Assembly: GCA_033763315.1 (NCBI GenBank)
Contig: JANRKS010000006.1
Location: forward strand, 192,001-256,000
Length of the DNA stretch: 64,000 nucleotides
Source of the DNA: Deltaproteobacteria bacterium
Lineage (GTDB): Bacteria; Myxococcota_A; Polyangia; Fen-1088
Direction: 5' to 3'
Shown here: positions 9,021-19,546 of the stretch, one piece after another
How the letters are laid out: the number at the start of each line of letters is the position of its first letter
Numbering within the stretch: the stretch's first letter is position 1
The notes under the pieces: generated by a model
What the model saw: only the letters and a program-made list of their open reading frames with translations
Told to the model about the DNA's origin: nothing
Databases searched by the model: none
Translations under genes and position numbers: made by a program

Positions 9021-11281
9021 AAATCGCCTTCGCTGTTGTGCTTGCTGTTGCGTTCGGCGTCTTTGGGACCGCGGGGTTTGCCCAGGAAACGGCTGACGCT
9101 GGCACGGGTGACGCTGGCGCCCTTGATGGCGGTGACGATGCCGCCGTGACGCCGTCGCTCGCGCCACCGGTGGCGCCGCCCGTGGAAGAGGCGTTGGTCA
9201 CCATTCGCGCCCGCATTCTTGGCAAAGGCGGCAAAGAGCCTCTGGTGGGTGCCGCCGTGGCTTTTGGCATGCAAGTGATTGCGGAGGCCGATGAAAGCGG
9301 CCGCGTGGAATTGGCTTTGCCTCCGGGCACGCATCGCCTGCAAATCCAGCAACCCGGCTATGAGCCCCTTGACGTCATTGTCGAAGCCCGGCGTGGCCGC
9401 TCAATGAGCGACGAGACACTCATTCGTCTTGCGCCACGGCTTGTGGGCCAACGCTATGAAACCGTGGTGGTGCCTCCCGATCCGCGCGCGTCCCGCTTGT
9501 CGCTGCGGCAAGAGGAGCTCACGCGCACGCCCGGCACACTGGGCGATCCGCTGCGTGTTATCGAAGTGTTGCCCGGCGTTTCACAAGTGGTGTGGCCGGC
9601 AGCGATTTACACCGTCCGCGGCGCGAACCCGGGCAACACGGGATTTTTCCTCGATGGCGTGCGGTTGCCCTCGCTTTATCACTTCGCGCTTGGTCCATCG
9701 GTGATCCACCCCTTCTTCATCGAACAAGTCGACTTTTACCCAGGCGGGTACCCAGCGCGGTATGGCCGCTACGTCAGCGGCATTGTGAACGCCAAGACCA
9801 CGCAACCCAAAGTCGACCGCGCCCATGGCTCTGTGGACGTGCGTTTATTGGATGCGGGAGGCATCGTGGCGGCGCCTCTCAACGGCGGGCAGGGGAGTGT
9901 GGCCATCGCCGGCCGTGTGTCTTACACGGGCCTGTTGCTTTCGCTGCTGTCACCCGACTTCACGTTCAATTATTGGGATTACCAAACCCGCTTCGAACAC
10001 AAGCTGGGTCCGGGGCGCTTCACCTTGTTCGTTTTTGGCTCGGGCGATCACCTTGGCCGCAAAGACAAAACCAAGCAGGATCTGTTCGCCGATATATCCA
10101 CCCATCGTTTGATGTTGCGTTGGGTGGGCGCCTTGGCCAAAGGCCGCGCCGAAGTGTCCACCGTGGTGGGTCGGGATTCGTCCTCCACATTCATCCCCGA
10201 GCTTAACAACTTGCCGGTGGCCGTTAAGTCGCTCGTCAGCACCACACGCGTGGGCTATGAGCAACCGCTGGCCGCCACCTTGGACGTGGAGGCCGGCGGC
10301 GACGTTGAGGTCCAAGCCTTCGATCCGCAGGCCGTGGCCACACCGCTGCCGCAGCAAAACCTTTTAACCAAACGCACCTCGTTGCTGTCGGGGGCTTACG
10401 CGGCGCTGATTTACCGCCCCGCCGAGTGGCTATCGATCGCGCCAGGCCTTCGCTACGACCTGCTGGCCCAAGAAGGCGTCACCCGTTACGAGCCCGGCCC
10501 GCGTTTGAACATCCGCGCCCGCGTCGGGCAAAACACGTGGCTCAAAGCCGCCGCTGGCCGCTTCGTGCAGCTGCCAAGCTTACCGGTGTCGGTGCCAGGA
10601 TTTGAGAACTTCGGGCTTAAGTCCATTGGCGCCCAACGATCGCTGCAGGGCTCCCTGGGCGTCGAGACGACGCTGCCGTGGGCGCTTACGCTGGACATGA
10701 CTGGCTTTTACCAGCGCCTGCGCGTGAGCGACTTGGCGAGCATTTTCACGTATGAGGTGCAGACCAACCTGCTCGAACTGCGCGAGGGACGCAGTTACGG
10801 GGCCGAGTTCCTGCTTCGACGGGACGTCTCAAAACAGTTTTATGGCTGGGTGTCTTACACACTTTCGAAGAGCGAGCGCGTGTACCCGCCTTTGAACACC
10901 GTCGCGCCTTCGGACTGGGACCAACGGCACATCCTCAACCTCGTGGCCAGCTATCGCATCGGACGCGGCTACCAGCTGGGTGGACGCGTTCACTACAACA
11001 CCGGGCGTCCTTACCCGATCTTCAACGAATCGTCCCTGGCGTCGTCACGGAACGCCGGGCCCCCCATCATTTACGGCAAGCTGCCAAACTTCTACCAGTT
11101 CGACGTCCGCTTCGACCGACGCTGGGTATTCGACCGATACACGCTCGACTTTTACCTCGAGATTATCAACACCACGCTCAGCGAACAGGTGTTCGACATG
11201 AAACGACGCTCGGATGGCTCCATCGATCGCGTCGGCTTCCGAATTGCGTTGCCCTCCCTCGGCCTACACGCCGAGTGGTAA
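9017..11281 (+). CDS. TonB-dependent outer-membrane receptor
   Basis: Signal peptide; carboxypeptidase-regulatory-like domain; plug motifs DPLRVIEVLPGV, VRG, YPGGYPARYG; barrel ending in LGLHAEW. Confidence 0.9.
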   Translation: MKIAFAVVLAVAFGVFGTAGFAQETADAGTGDAGALDGGDDAAVTPSLAPPVAPPVEEALVTIRARILGKGGKEPLVGAAVAFGMQVIAEADESGRVELALPPGTHRLQIQQPGYEPLDVIVEARRGRSMSDETLIRLAPRLVGQRYETVVVPPDPRASRLSLRQEELTRTPGTLGDPLRVIEVLPGVSQVVWPAAIYTVRGANPGNTGFFLDGVRLPSLYHFALGPSVIHPFFIEQVDFYPGGYPARYGRYVSGIVNAKTTQPKVDRAHGSVDVRLLDAGGIVAAPLNGGQGSVAIAGRVSYTGLLLSLLSPDFTFNYWDYQTRFEHKLGPGRFTLFVFGSGDHLGRKDKTKQDLFADISTHRLMLRWVGALAKGRAEVSTVVGRDSSSTFIPELNNLPVAVKSLVSTTRVGYEQPLAATLDVEAGGDVEVQAFDPQAVATPLPQQNLLTKRTSLLSGAYAALIYRPAEWLSIAPGLRYDLLAQEGVTRYEPGPRLNIRARVGQNTWLKAAAGRFVQLPSLPVSVPGFENFGLKSIGAQRSLQGSLGVETTLPWALTLDMTGFYQRLRVSDLASIFTYEVQTNLLELREGRSYGAEFLLRRDVSKQFYGWVSYTLSKSERVYPPLNTVAPSDWDQRHILNLVASYRIGRGYQLGGRVHYNTGRPYPIFNESSLASSRNAGPPIIYGKLPNFYQFDVRFDRRWVFDRYTLDFYLEIINTTLSEQVFDMKRRSDGSIDRVGFRIALPSLGLHAEW

Positions 11282-11431
11282 TTGCCCTGCGTGAGCTGTT
11301 TTCGTGTGTCCGGCAGGGGTTGCCGGCAATTTCCATCGCGTTTCCAAGGGCCTAACGAAACTGCGCAGAAATTTCGTGAGGAATAATCCTTGATTTTCTG
11401 CCCTGCGCAGGACTATATCCCGGCCTGCGAA

Positions 11432-12085
11432 ATGTCGCTCTTGTTTCGCCCGAAATATAATCACCTGGCACGTCTTGGCCTGATCCTCGCAGCATCGGCA
11501 GTGGCGGGCGGTCTCAGCGCATTGCTGATATACGTCCGTACTCCCATCGCTCGAGGAATGCAGGATCCGGTCGAGCAGCCAATTCAATTTGACCACCGGC
11601 ACCACGTTCGTGACGTTGGGATCGATTGCCGCTTTTGTCACCAAACGGTCGACAAATCCGCGCATGCAGGGATCCCGCCCACGCAACTGTGTATGAACTG
11701 CCACTCACAGATTTGGAACGGCAGCCCCATGCTGTCGAAGGTCCGTGAGAGCTTCCTGGAGAACAGGCCAATCGTCTGGACCAAGGTGAACGATGTCCCG
11801 GACTTCGTTTACTTTAACCACTCGATTCACGTGAGCAAAGGCGTTGGCTGCGTCACCTGTCACGGCCGCGTCGATCAGATGGCTGCGGTTGAAAAGGCCA
11901 AGCCGCTGACCATGGGTTGGTGTTTGGATTGCCACCGAAATCCGGCGCCTAACCTTCGCCCTGTTGAAGAGGTTACGAACATGGAGTGGACCCCACCGGA
12001 AGGCGATGCCGAGACCAGTGGCAAGGCGCTCGCCGAGCGCTACGACGTCCACACCCGGACCAGTTGCACCACGTGTCACCGATGA
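11432..12085 (+). CDS. actA: Alternative complex III pentaheme cytochrome c subunit ActA
   Basis: N-terminal TM; five CxxCH (CRFCH, CMNCH, CVTCH, CLDCH, CTTCH); PDFVYFNHSIH. Confidence 0.93.
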   Translation: MSLLFRPKYNHLARLGLILAASAVAGGLSALLIYVRTPIARGMQDPVEQPIQFDHRHHVRDVGIDCRFCHQTVDKSAHAGIPPTQLCMNCHSQIWNGSPMLSKVRESFLENRPIVWTKVNDVPDFVYFNHSIHVSKGVGCVTCHGRVDQMAAVEKAKPLTMGWCLDCHRNPAPNLRPVEEVTNMEWTPPEGDAETSGKALAERYDVHTRTSCTTCHR

Positions 12086-15000
12086 GTTCCGACCACCGTA
12101 CCCCCGCAAACAATCACGAGCCAAAGAGCGGCAACGCTTCAGGCTCTTCCCCTGCTCGCCGATCGTCACTTCCGATCGCCGGCCAAGCGCTTCCTCCTAC
12201 GAAGAAGCTTTGGCGCGGCGAAGAGGAATTGGTAGGCGGCCCCGAAGTGGAACAAGCCGCCCGCCAGGAATTCCCTGACGGAACGGACACGATGACCGAC
12301 GACGTCTCTCGTCGCGGCTTCGTGCAGCTGCTCGGCACCAGTTTGGCTGTGACAACGACGGCCTGCTATCGGCCTCGGCAAAAGATTGTTCCTTACGTCA
12401 AGCGCCCGCCTGAGGTGACGCCGGGCAACTCGCTTCACTTCGCCACCAGCGTGAACCACGAAGGGTTCGGCTTCGGCGCGTTGATCGAGAGCCACGAGGG
12501 CCGCCCCACCAAGCTTGAGGGCAACCCTGACCACGTTGATTCTTTGGGCGCCGCTGGCACCAAGGATCAGGCCTACATTCTCAGCCTTTACGACAACGAT
12601 CGCGCTAAGTCAGCCCGCCTCAATGGCCACCCGGCCGATTGGCGAGACGTGTGCGGTTTCGTCAAAACGCTGGTGGATGCCGGCGCGAAGAACGGCGGCG
12701 CTGGCGTTCGCTTTTTGGTTGAGCCCAGCACATCGCCTTTGATTGGCGATCTGCGCGCGCGCATTTTGGCGAAATTGCCGGCCGCGAAATTTGTTTCGTA
12801 CTCAGGCCTGGCCGATGACGCCGCGGTTGATGGGGCGAAGCTGGCCTTCGGGCAACCGCTCGATACACGTCACGACCTCACGAGCGCCAAGGTGATCGTT
12901 GCCCTCGATTCCGACTTCATGGAAGAAGGCATCGAGAACATTCGCTTGCAACGTCAGTTCGCGCTTGGCCGTGAGCCCGGCGAGAACATGAACCGCCTTT
13001 ACGTGGCCGAGCCCACGTTCACCATCACGGGCGCGTCTGCGGATCATCGTTTGCGTCTGCGCGGCAGCGACATCGTTGCCCTGGCGCAGGCTTTGACCTC
13101 TGAACTGTCCAAGCTTTTGGGCCGCGACGTTTTGGGTGGTTTGGCGGATCTGCCGCTGGCCCGCGCTGGCGTCACTGTGGATCCAAAGTGGGTGCAAGCG
13201 CTCGCCAAGGATTTGGCGCGCAACCGCGGCCGTTCCGTAATTCTGGTGGGCCGCCGCCAACCGGCGTTTGTCCACGCGTTGGCCAACGCGATGAACTTTG
13301 CCTTGGGCAACGTGGGCACCACCGTAAAATACGTCACGCCCTTACGGCACGACGCCTACGCTGGCATTGAGCCACTGCGCGCCTTGGCCGAAGAGATTGC
13401 TGCGGGCAAGGTTGAAACCTTGTTTATCGCCGCACAGAACCCAGTCTTCAGCGCTCCGTCCGACTTCAAGTTCGACAAGCTCTTGGCTCGTGTTCCCAAC
13501 ACGCTTTACTGGGGCCTGTACGACGACGAGACGGCGAAGGTGGTTCGCACGTTTGTGCCCGCCGCTCACCCGCTTGAGTCGTGGGGAGATCTGCGCGCGA
13601 GCGATGGCTCGGTTTCGTTGGTGCAGCCGCTCATCGAGCCGCTCTGGAGCGCGGTGACCGAAGTGGACTTCCTCGCTGCCGTGCTCGAAGAGGGCCAGGT
13701 GGGTTCTCACGAGCAACTGCGCGCTTATTGGTCGAAACGCGCCGCTTCTGAGAATTTGCTCGGTACCCTTGGTTTCGAGCTGCAGTGGGAAAACTGGCTG
13801 GGCAAGGGCATCCTGGCGGACACCAAAGCGCCATCCGCACCTGCGGTGTCGCTTGACGGAGCCGCCCTGGCGGCGGCGTTGCGACCACAGTTACCAAGCC
13901 TTGCCAAGGAAGCCGGTCTTGAGTTGGCTTTCGTGTTGGATTCGAAGGTGGCCGACGGCCGCCATGCCAACAACGGTTGGTTGCAAGAGCTTCCACACCC
14001 CGTCACCAAGATCACCTGGGACAACGCCGTCTTGTTGTCGCACGCCACGGCCTCCCGTCTGTCGCTCAAGACGGCCGATATCGTTGAAGTATCGCTTGGC
14101 GATCGCAAAGTGCGCGGCCCTGTGTATGTGCAACCCGGCCAAGCCGAAGAGTCAGTCACGGTGGCTTTGGGGTATGGCCGCACGGCGGCGGGCTCCGTTG
14201 GCACGGGTGTGGGCTTTAACGCCAACATCCTCCGCGACAGCACGAACCCATGGTTCACCACGGGAGTGCAGATCGAAAAGGTCGGCAAGGATTACCCGTT
14301 CGGTATCACGCAAACGCACTGGCGCATGGAAAACCGTGAGCCCGCGATTGCCGCCACCGTTAAGGAGTTCGAAGACCACCACTCACGCGTCCACCACCTG
14401 CTTGAGGAAGGGCGCGAGCCTTTGCCGCAAATCCACAAGCCGTGGGACTACAGCAAAGAGGCGTACAAGTGGGGTATGGCGATCGATTTGAACAAGTGCA
14501 CGGGCTGCGAAGCCTGCATGACCGCTTGTCAGTCTGAAAACAATATCCCGATCGTTGGGCGCGAGAACGTTCGCATCGGCCGCGAGATGCATTGGATTCG
14601 CATCGACCGCTACTACGAAACCGACGCTGGCTACAGCGACGACTTCTACAAGGACATGGCCGATCCGAAGGTGGTTGTGCAGCCGATGGCTTGCCAACAC
14701 TGCGAAACGGCTCCGTGCGAATACGTTTGCCCCGTGAACGCCACCGTTCACAGCGACGAAGGCCTCAACGAGATGGTCTACAACCGCTGCATCGGCACGC
14801 GTTACTGCGCCAACAACTGCCCCTATAAGGTTCGACGCTTTAACTACCTCGATTTCCACGGGGATCCCCCCGAGGTGGGCAAAATGCGGCACAACCCGGA
14901 CGTCACAGTCCGCGCCCGCGGCGTCATGGAGAAGTGCACCTACTGCGTGCAGCGCATCGAGCGCGCCCGCATTGATTCGCGCATCGAAGGTCGCTCGATC

Positions 15001-15201
15001 GTCGATGGCGAAGTCAAGTCGGCTTGCCAGCAAACCTGCCCCACGGGCGCCATCACTTTCGGATCGCTTCACGATCCCGACTCGGCCGTGTCAAAGGCCC
15101 ACGCCAGCGAACGTCGCTACAGCGTGCTTCACGAAATCAACACCCGGCCGCGAACGGTTTACCTGGCACGCGTGCGCAACCCCAATCCGGAGCTCGCATA
15201 A
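12082..15201 (+). CDS. actB: Alternative complex III subunit ActB (molybdopterin-oxidoreductase-like + Fe-S domain)
   Basis: Extended Tat signal (LWR..EF..SRRGF..AC); EGRPTKLEGNPDH; Fe-S motifs CTGCEAC, CQHCETAPC, CIGTRYC, EKCTYC. Confidence 0.94.
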   Translation: MSSDHRTPANNHEPKSGNASGSSPARRSSLPIAGQALPPTKKLWRGEEELVGGPEVEQAARQEFPDGTDTMTDDVSRRGFVQLLGTSLAVTTTACYRPRQKIVPYVKRPPEVTPGNSLHFATSVNHEGFGFGALIESHEGRPTKLEGNPDHVDSLGAAGTKDQAYILSLYDNDRAKSARLNGHPADWRDVCGFVKTLVDAGAKNGGAGVRFLVEPSTSPLIGDLRARILAKLPAAKFVSYSGLADDAAVDGAKLAFGQPLDTRHDLTSAKVIVALDSDFMEEGIENIRLQRQFALGREPGENMNRLYVAEPTFTITGASADHRLRLRGSDIVALAQALTSELSKLLGRDVLGGLADLPLARAGVTVDPKWVQALAKDLARNRGRSVILVGRRQPAFVHALANAMNFALGNVGTTVKYVTPLRHDAYAGIEPLRALAEEIAAGKVETLFIAAQNPVFSAPSDFKFDKLLARVPNTLYWGLYDDETAKVVRTFVPAAHPLESWGDLRASDGSVSLVQPLIEPLWSAVTEVDFLAAVLEEGQVGSHEQLRAYWSKRAASENLLGTLGFELQWENWLGKGILADTKAPSAPAVSLDGAALAAALRPQLPSLAKEAGLELAFVLDSKVADGRHANNGWLQELPHPVTKITWDNAVLLSHATASRLSLKTADIVEVSLGDRKVRGPVYVQPGQAEESVTVALGYGRTAAGSVGTGVGFNANILRDSTNPWFTTGVQIEKVGKDYPFGITQTHWRMENREPAIAATVKEFEDHHSRVHHLLEEGREPLPQIHKPWDYSKEAYKWGMAIDLNKCTGCEACMTACQSENNIPIVGRENVRIGREMHWIRIDRYYETDAGYSDDFYKDMADPKVVVQPMACQHCETAPCEYVCPVNATVHSDEGLNEMVYNRCIGTRYCANNCPYKVRRFNYLDFHGDPPEVGKMRHNPDVTVRARGVMEKCTYCVQRIERARIDSRIEGRSIVDGEVKSACQQTCPTGAITFGSLHDPDSAVSKAHASERRYSVLHEINTRPRTVYLARVRNPNPELA

Positions 15202-15203
15202 CC

Positions 15204-16613
15204 GTGTTGTCCGGCCACAAAGATACACTCGACCCGCGCCCCTTTATCGAAGGGGAGCAAACCGACAAGTCGCTCAACGACAGCTTGCTGCACCACGTTT
15301 TGCGTGGGGCCGGCAAGGGCTGGTGGACGCTGTTCACCATCGCGTTGTGCTTGTTAAGCGTCCTGGGCGTCTCGCTCGGTTGGACGTTGTACAAAGGCAT
15401 TGGCGCCTGGGGTAACAACCAGCCCGTCAGCTGGGGCTTCGGCATCATCAACTTCGTTTGGTGGATCGGTATCGGTCACGCTGGAACGTTGATCTCGGCC
15501 ATCTTGTTGTTGTTCCAACAACGTTGGCGCACGTCGATCAACCGCTTTGCGGAAGCCATGACCTTGTTTGCCGTTATGTGCGCCTTGATCTTCCCGGTCA
15601 TGCACACCGGCCGGCCTTGGTACGCGATTTATTTCTTGATGCCTTACCCGAGCGTCAACGCCATCTGGCCGCAGTTCAAGAGCCCGCTGATGTGGGACGT
15701 GTTCGCGGTCTCCACGTATTTCACGATTTCGCTGTTGTTCTGGTTCTTGGGCCTTGTGCCCGACTTGGCTTCGCTGCGCGATTCCGCCAAGAGCAAGACG
15801 AAGAAGTTCGTCTATGGTTTGTTCGCCTTGGGCTGGCGCGGTTCGGGGCGCCACTGGGCTGAGTACAAGTGGGCGTACCTTTTGTTGGCCGGTCTGTCCA
15901 CGCCGCTGGTGCTATCGGTGCACAGCATCGTGTCCTTCGACTTCGCCGTGTCGGTGATGCCCGGTTGGCACACAACCATCTTTCCGCCTTACTTCGTCGC
16001 CGGCGCCATCTTCTCGGGCTTTGCGATGGTTATCACGTGGCTTGTGCCTGCCCGCCACTACCTGGGCCTCAAGCACGTTGTAACGATGCGCCACCTTGAG
16101 AACATGAACAAGGTCATCTTGGCCACGGGCATGATGGTGACCTACGGCTACGCGATGGAGCACTTCATCGCCTGGTATTCGGGCAGCCCTTACGAATTCG
16201 GCATGTTCTTCCACACCCGCCAGCGAGGTCCGGCTTCGGGAATCTACTGGTTGATGGTGTTCTGCAACTGTGTGGCGCCCCAGTTCTATTGGTTCAAGTC
16301 GCTGCGCACCAACTTGAAGTTCATGTGGATCGTATCGATCTTTGTGAACATCGGCATGTGGTGTGAGCGCTTCATCATCGTCGTCACCTCATTGCACCAA
16401 GATTACTTGCCAAGTTCGTGGGGAGATTTCTCTCCGACTGTCACGGACGTGGGCCTGTACATCGGAACAATCGGCCTGTTCTCCACGCTGTTCCTGCTCT
16501 TCATGAAGTTCATCCCCGCCGTTGCTCTCACCGAGATCAAGGAATTGCGGCACGAGCTTGAACATGAGGCGCATGCCGAACAGGGCGGGCACGCCGCTGG
16601 GGGAGCGCACTGA
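15204..16613 (+). CDS. actC: Alternative complex III quinol-binding subunit ActC (NrfD family)
   Basis: NFVWWIGIGHAGTLISA, WRTSINRFAEAMT, SPLMWDVFAV, WHTTIFPPYFVAGAIFSG; start GTG 15204 inferred. Confidence 0.94.
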   Translation: MLSGHKDTLDPRPFIEGEQTDKSLNDSLLHHVLRGAGKGWWTLFTIALCLLSVLGVSLGWTLYKGIGAWGNNQPVSWGFGIINFVWWIGIGHAGTLISAILLLFQQRWRTSINRFAEAMTLFAVMCALIFPVMHTGRPWYAIYFLMPYPSVNAIWPQFKSPLMWDVFAVSTYFTISLLFWFLGLVPDLASLRDSAKSKTKKFVYGLFALGWRGSGRHWAEYKWAYLLLAGLSTPLVLSVHSIVSFDFAVSVMPGWHTTIFPPYFVAGAIFSGFAMVITWLVPARHYLGLKHVVTMRHLENMNKVILATGMMVTYGYAMEHFIAWYSGSPYEFGMFFHTRQRGPASGIYWLMVFCNCVAPQFYWFKSLRTNLKFMWIVSIFVNIGMWCERFIIVVTSLHQDYLPSSWGDFSPTVTDVGLYIGTIGLFSTLFLLFMKFIPAVALTEIKELRHELEHEAHAEQGGHAAGGAH

Positions 16614-17170
16614 TGAGCCACGGCGATTCATTCAAAGGCCGCCGCTTCGTGTTGGCCGAGTTCGAAACCAGCGATGCGCTGTTGGAGAGCACGACCACCT
16701 TGCGGGAAAAAGGCTTCAAGAAGCTGGACACCCACACGCCGTACCCCGTGCACGGCATCGAAGAAGCGCTCGGTCTAGGGCGCCCCTTCATTCCGAAGAT
16801 CGTGTTGTGCTTCGCGGTCCTGGGCATCATCACTGCCTACTCGATGATTCACTACATGAACGTCATCGACTGGCCCATCAACGTTGCCAACCGGCCGATC
16901 CACGCGCCGCCGGCCAACATCCCGATCACCTTCGAGTTGGCCGTTTTGTTCGGTGGCTGCTCGTCCTTCTTCGGCGTCATGTTCTTGATGCGTTTACCCA
17001 AGCTTTATCACCCCGTGTTTCAATCTGACCGGTTCTGCGAGAAGGCCAGCGTCGATGGTTTCTTCTTGTCCGTAGAAATGCCTCACGACGGTGACGCCGT
17101 GGCGGTGCAAGCGGCAATCAAGGACCTTGGCGCTTCACACATTGAAGTGATCGATGAGGTGGAGCGATGA
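16613..17170 (+). CDS. actD: Alternative complex III subunit ActD (DUF3341)
   Basis: LAEF...DTHTPYPVHG, two TMs, IPITFELAVL; position in act operon. Confidence 0.9.
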   Translation: MSHGDSFKGRRFVLAEFETSDALLESTTTLREKGFKKLDTHTPYPVHGIEEALGLGRPFIPKIVLCFAVLGIITAYSMIHYMNVIDWPINVANRPIHAPPANIPITFELAVLFGGCSSFFGVMFLMRLPKLYHPVFQSDRFCEKASVDGFFLSVEMPHDGDAVAVQAAIKDLGASHIEVIDEVER

Positions 17171-17769
17171 TTCGCCAACTTCTTTGGGGGGCCTTGGGCC
17201 TCAGCCTGATGTCGGGCTGCCTCGACGAGGATCTGCTGAACCCGATGGCAAGCCGCCAGCCGAAGTTCGCCCCTTACAAACAGACCGAACAATACAAAGA
17301 CTCGCTGCAAATGCGCAGCCCCCCCGAGGGCACTGTGCCAGTCGAGCGCATCACGCTTAAGCCGGGGATGACCACCGGCAAAGTGAACACGCCTGAAGGG
17401 CCGCGCTATGTCACTGCGTTCCCGCTCACGGTCGACAGCAACCTGCTGGAGCTTGGTCGCAAGCGCTACAACATTACCTGTGGCACTTGCCACGGTGCCC
17501 TGGGCGATGGCGACAGCATCGTGGGCCGGCAAATGGCTCTGAAGCCCCCGCCTTCGCTGCACGACTTTGCTGACCGTCCCCCGGGCTACATTTTCGACGT
17601 CGCAACCCAAGGGCACGGCCTCATGGCGGCCTACAACGCCGAACTCAGCGTGAAAGAACGTTGGGCGGTTGTGGCCTACATTCGGGCTTTGCAGCTTGCA
17701 CACCAAGGCACGCTGGATGATGTGCCAACCGAAAAGCGCGCGTCTCTTGCGCAGGAGTCTCACCAGTGA
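17167..17769 (+). CDS. actE: Alternative complex III monoheme cytochrome c lipoprotein ActE
   Basis: Lipobox LMSGC; MRSPPEGTV; CGTCHG; ERWAVVAYIRALQ. Confidence 0.92.
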   Translation: MIRQLLWGALGLSLMSGCLDEDLLNPMASRQPKFAPYKQTEQYKDSLQMRSPPEGTVPVERITLKPGMTTGKVNTPEGPRYVTAFPLTVDSNLLELGRKRYNITCGTCHGALGDGDSIVGRQMALKPPPSLHDFADRPPGYIFDVATQGHGLMAAYNAELSVKERWAVVAYIRALQLAHQGTLDDVPTEKRASLAQESHQ

Positions 17770-18977
17770 GCGGCTCGCATCAAAGTACTGAAGTGAAAGT
17801 GAACAAATTCCAGGGCGGCAAATCCTGGATGACCAATGCGGCCATTGTGGGCCTGTTGGGCACCGGCGCCTCCGTGGCTACGATGCTCACAGGTTCGCGC
17901 CCCGCGCAATTCAGCTACCTGTTCGGCTTTTGCTACTGGGCTGGCATCGCGTTTACTTCGCTGCTGCTCCTGATGATCTTCCACGCCTTTAGGGCAAAGT
18001 GGATGACGGTTCTTCGCCGTCCGCTTGAGGCGATGGCCACCACGGTGGGCATCTTCTTGGTGTTGTTCATCCCGATTGTGGTCGTACTTAAGTCATTGTT
18101 TCCCTGGGTGGAACCCGATCACGCCCGGTTCAGCGAGCACGCCCTCCACCTGCTGGAGCACAAGAAATCGTATCTGAACAGCACGTTCTTTATCGTGCGC
18201 GGGTTTGGCTACTTCGTCATCTCGGCCATCATTGCCAACCTGCTGTTCGGCTGGTCCACAAAGCAAGACGCCACGGGCGACGCCGCTTTGACGGGCAAGG
18301 CACGCAAGCTGGGCACGGGCGCGATTCCCTTGATGGCGTTTGTTATCACCTTCGCAGGCTTCGACTGGCTGATGAGCTTGGATCCCACGTGGTTCTCCAC
18401 GATGTTCGGCGTTTATTACTTCGCGGGCAGCATGCTCTCGACGTTCGCGCTGCTCATTCTTGTGTGCTGGCGCGCCCAGGGCGCGGACCAATTCACGGCT
18501 TACGTCTCGCCTGAGCACTTGCACAATTTGGGCAAGCTGTTGTTCGCGTTCACGGCTTTTTGGGGCTACATCGCTTTCTCTCAGATGATGTTGATCTGGA
18601 TGGCGGGCCTGCCTGAAGAGACGCCGTTCTTCATCTTGCGTATGAAGGCACCTTGGGCTTACTTCAGCGTCTTCTTGGTGGTGGGGCACTTCTTGGGGCC
18701 TTTCTTCATGCTGCTGTCGAGGGGCCGCAAGCGCAGCATCACTCGCTTGGCGCCTTTCGCCGTTTGGGCTTTGTTCGTCCACGCGGTGGATATGTACTGG
18801 TTGATCTTCCCCGCCCTGGATGAAGCAAATGCTTCGTTTCATTGGGCCATCATCACCAGCTTCGTCGGCATCGGTGGTTTGACCATCGCAGCTGCCATCT
18901 GGCGCATTCGTGGCCAATACACCATTCCGGTGAAAGACCCGTTCTTGAACGTATCGTTGAGGTACCGTCAGCCATGA
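17766..18977 (+). CDS. actF: Alternative complex III subunit ActF
   Basis: Polytopic membrane protein; DWLMSLDPTWFSTMFG; HNLGKLLFAF; FSQMMLIW..LPEE. Confidence 0.9.
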   Translation: MSGSHQSTEVKVNKFQGGKSWMTNAAIVGLLGTGASVATMLTGSRPAQFSYLFGFCYWAGIAFTSLLLLMIFHAFRAKWMTVLRRPLEAMATTVGIFLVLFIPIVVVLKSLFPWVEPDHARFSEHALHLLEHKKSYLNSTFFIVRGFGYFVISAIIANLLFGWSTKQDATGDAALTGKARKLGTGAIPLMAFVITFAGFDWLMSLDPTWFSTMFGVYYFAGSMLSTFALLILVCWRAQGADQFTAYVSPEHLHNLGKLLFAFTAFWGYIAFSQMMLIWMAGLPEETPFFILRMKAPWAYFSVFLVVGHFLGPFFMLLSRGRKRSITRLAPFAVWALFVHAVDMYWLIFPALDEANASFHWAIITSFVGIGGLTIAAAIWRIRGQYTIPVKDPFLNVSLRYRQP

Positions 18978-19546
18978 GCGATTCCTCTCATCACAACGAC
19001 CCGCACAAACCCCACATCACGACGGAGGATCCGAACGCCGGCGTGAATGCGAAGCTCATCGTCGCGGTGGGCGCGGTGTCACTGATTGCCTTCATCGCCT
19101 CAGCGATTGTTGCCTACATCATGCTTGTTCGTGATGAGAAGACCATCGCGTCGGCGGGCCCACAGAACCCAACGGAACAGTTCCGCAAGCGCAAAGAGAT
19201 CGGCATCGTGGACTTCGTTCATTACGACGCTGACGATCGTTTGCCGACCCTGCGTTCCGACTTGGCGGCGAAACTCAACGGTTATAGCTGGGTGGACAAG
19301 TCAAAAGCGAAGGTGCGTTTGCCAATCGCTGAAGGCATCAAGCGCGCGATCGCCGAGGCCGCCAGCGGCGCCGCCATCGGTGAGGCGAACGCCAAGGTTG
19401 AACACGAACCCAAGGTTCCCCGTTTGACGTTGGCCGAGGCCATTGCCAACCCGGCGGCGGCACAAGCGGCTGCGGCCGCGAAGGCGCCACCGAGCGACAA
19501 CTCTGTTCCTAAGCCCACTCCGACGCCAAAGGCGGAGGTCAAGTGA
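18974..19546 (+). CDS. Small single-TM protein, probable ActG
   Basis: One TM; LNGYSWVDK..VRLPI motif; lies between actF and SCO with ATGA/GTGA overlaps. Confidence 0.7.
   Translation: MSDSSHHNDPHKPHITTEDPNAGVNAKLIVAVGAVSLIAFIASAIVAYIMLVRDEKTIASAGPQNPTEQFRKRKEIGIVDFVHYDADDRLPTLRSDLAAKLNGYSWVDKSKAKVRLPIAEGIKRAIAEAASGAAIGEANAKVEHEPKVPRLTLAEAIANPAAAQAAAAAKAPPSDNSVPKPTPTPKAEVK

Noticed and set aside
11340-11431. FNR-like box or inverted repeats upstream of actA (TTGAT at 11390, two CTGCGCAG)
   Set aside because: Only a half-site with no ATCAA; TTGATT fits a -35 equally well; the dyads are imperfect
12082-15201. Catalytic molybdoenzyme (nitrate, DMSO or polysulfide reductase)
   Set aside because: The operon context and fused Fe-S domain identify ActB, which is known to lack a Mo cofactor
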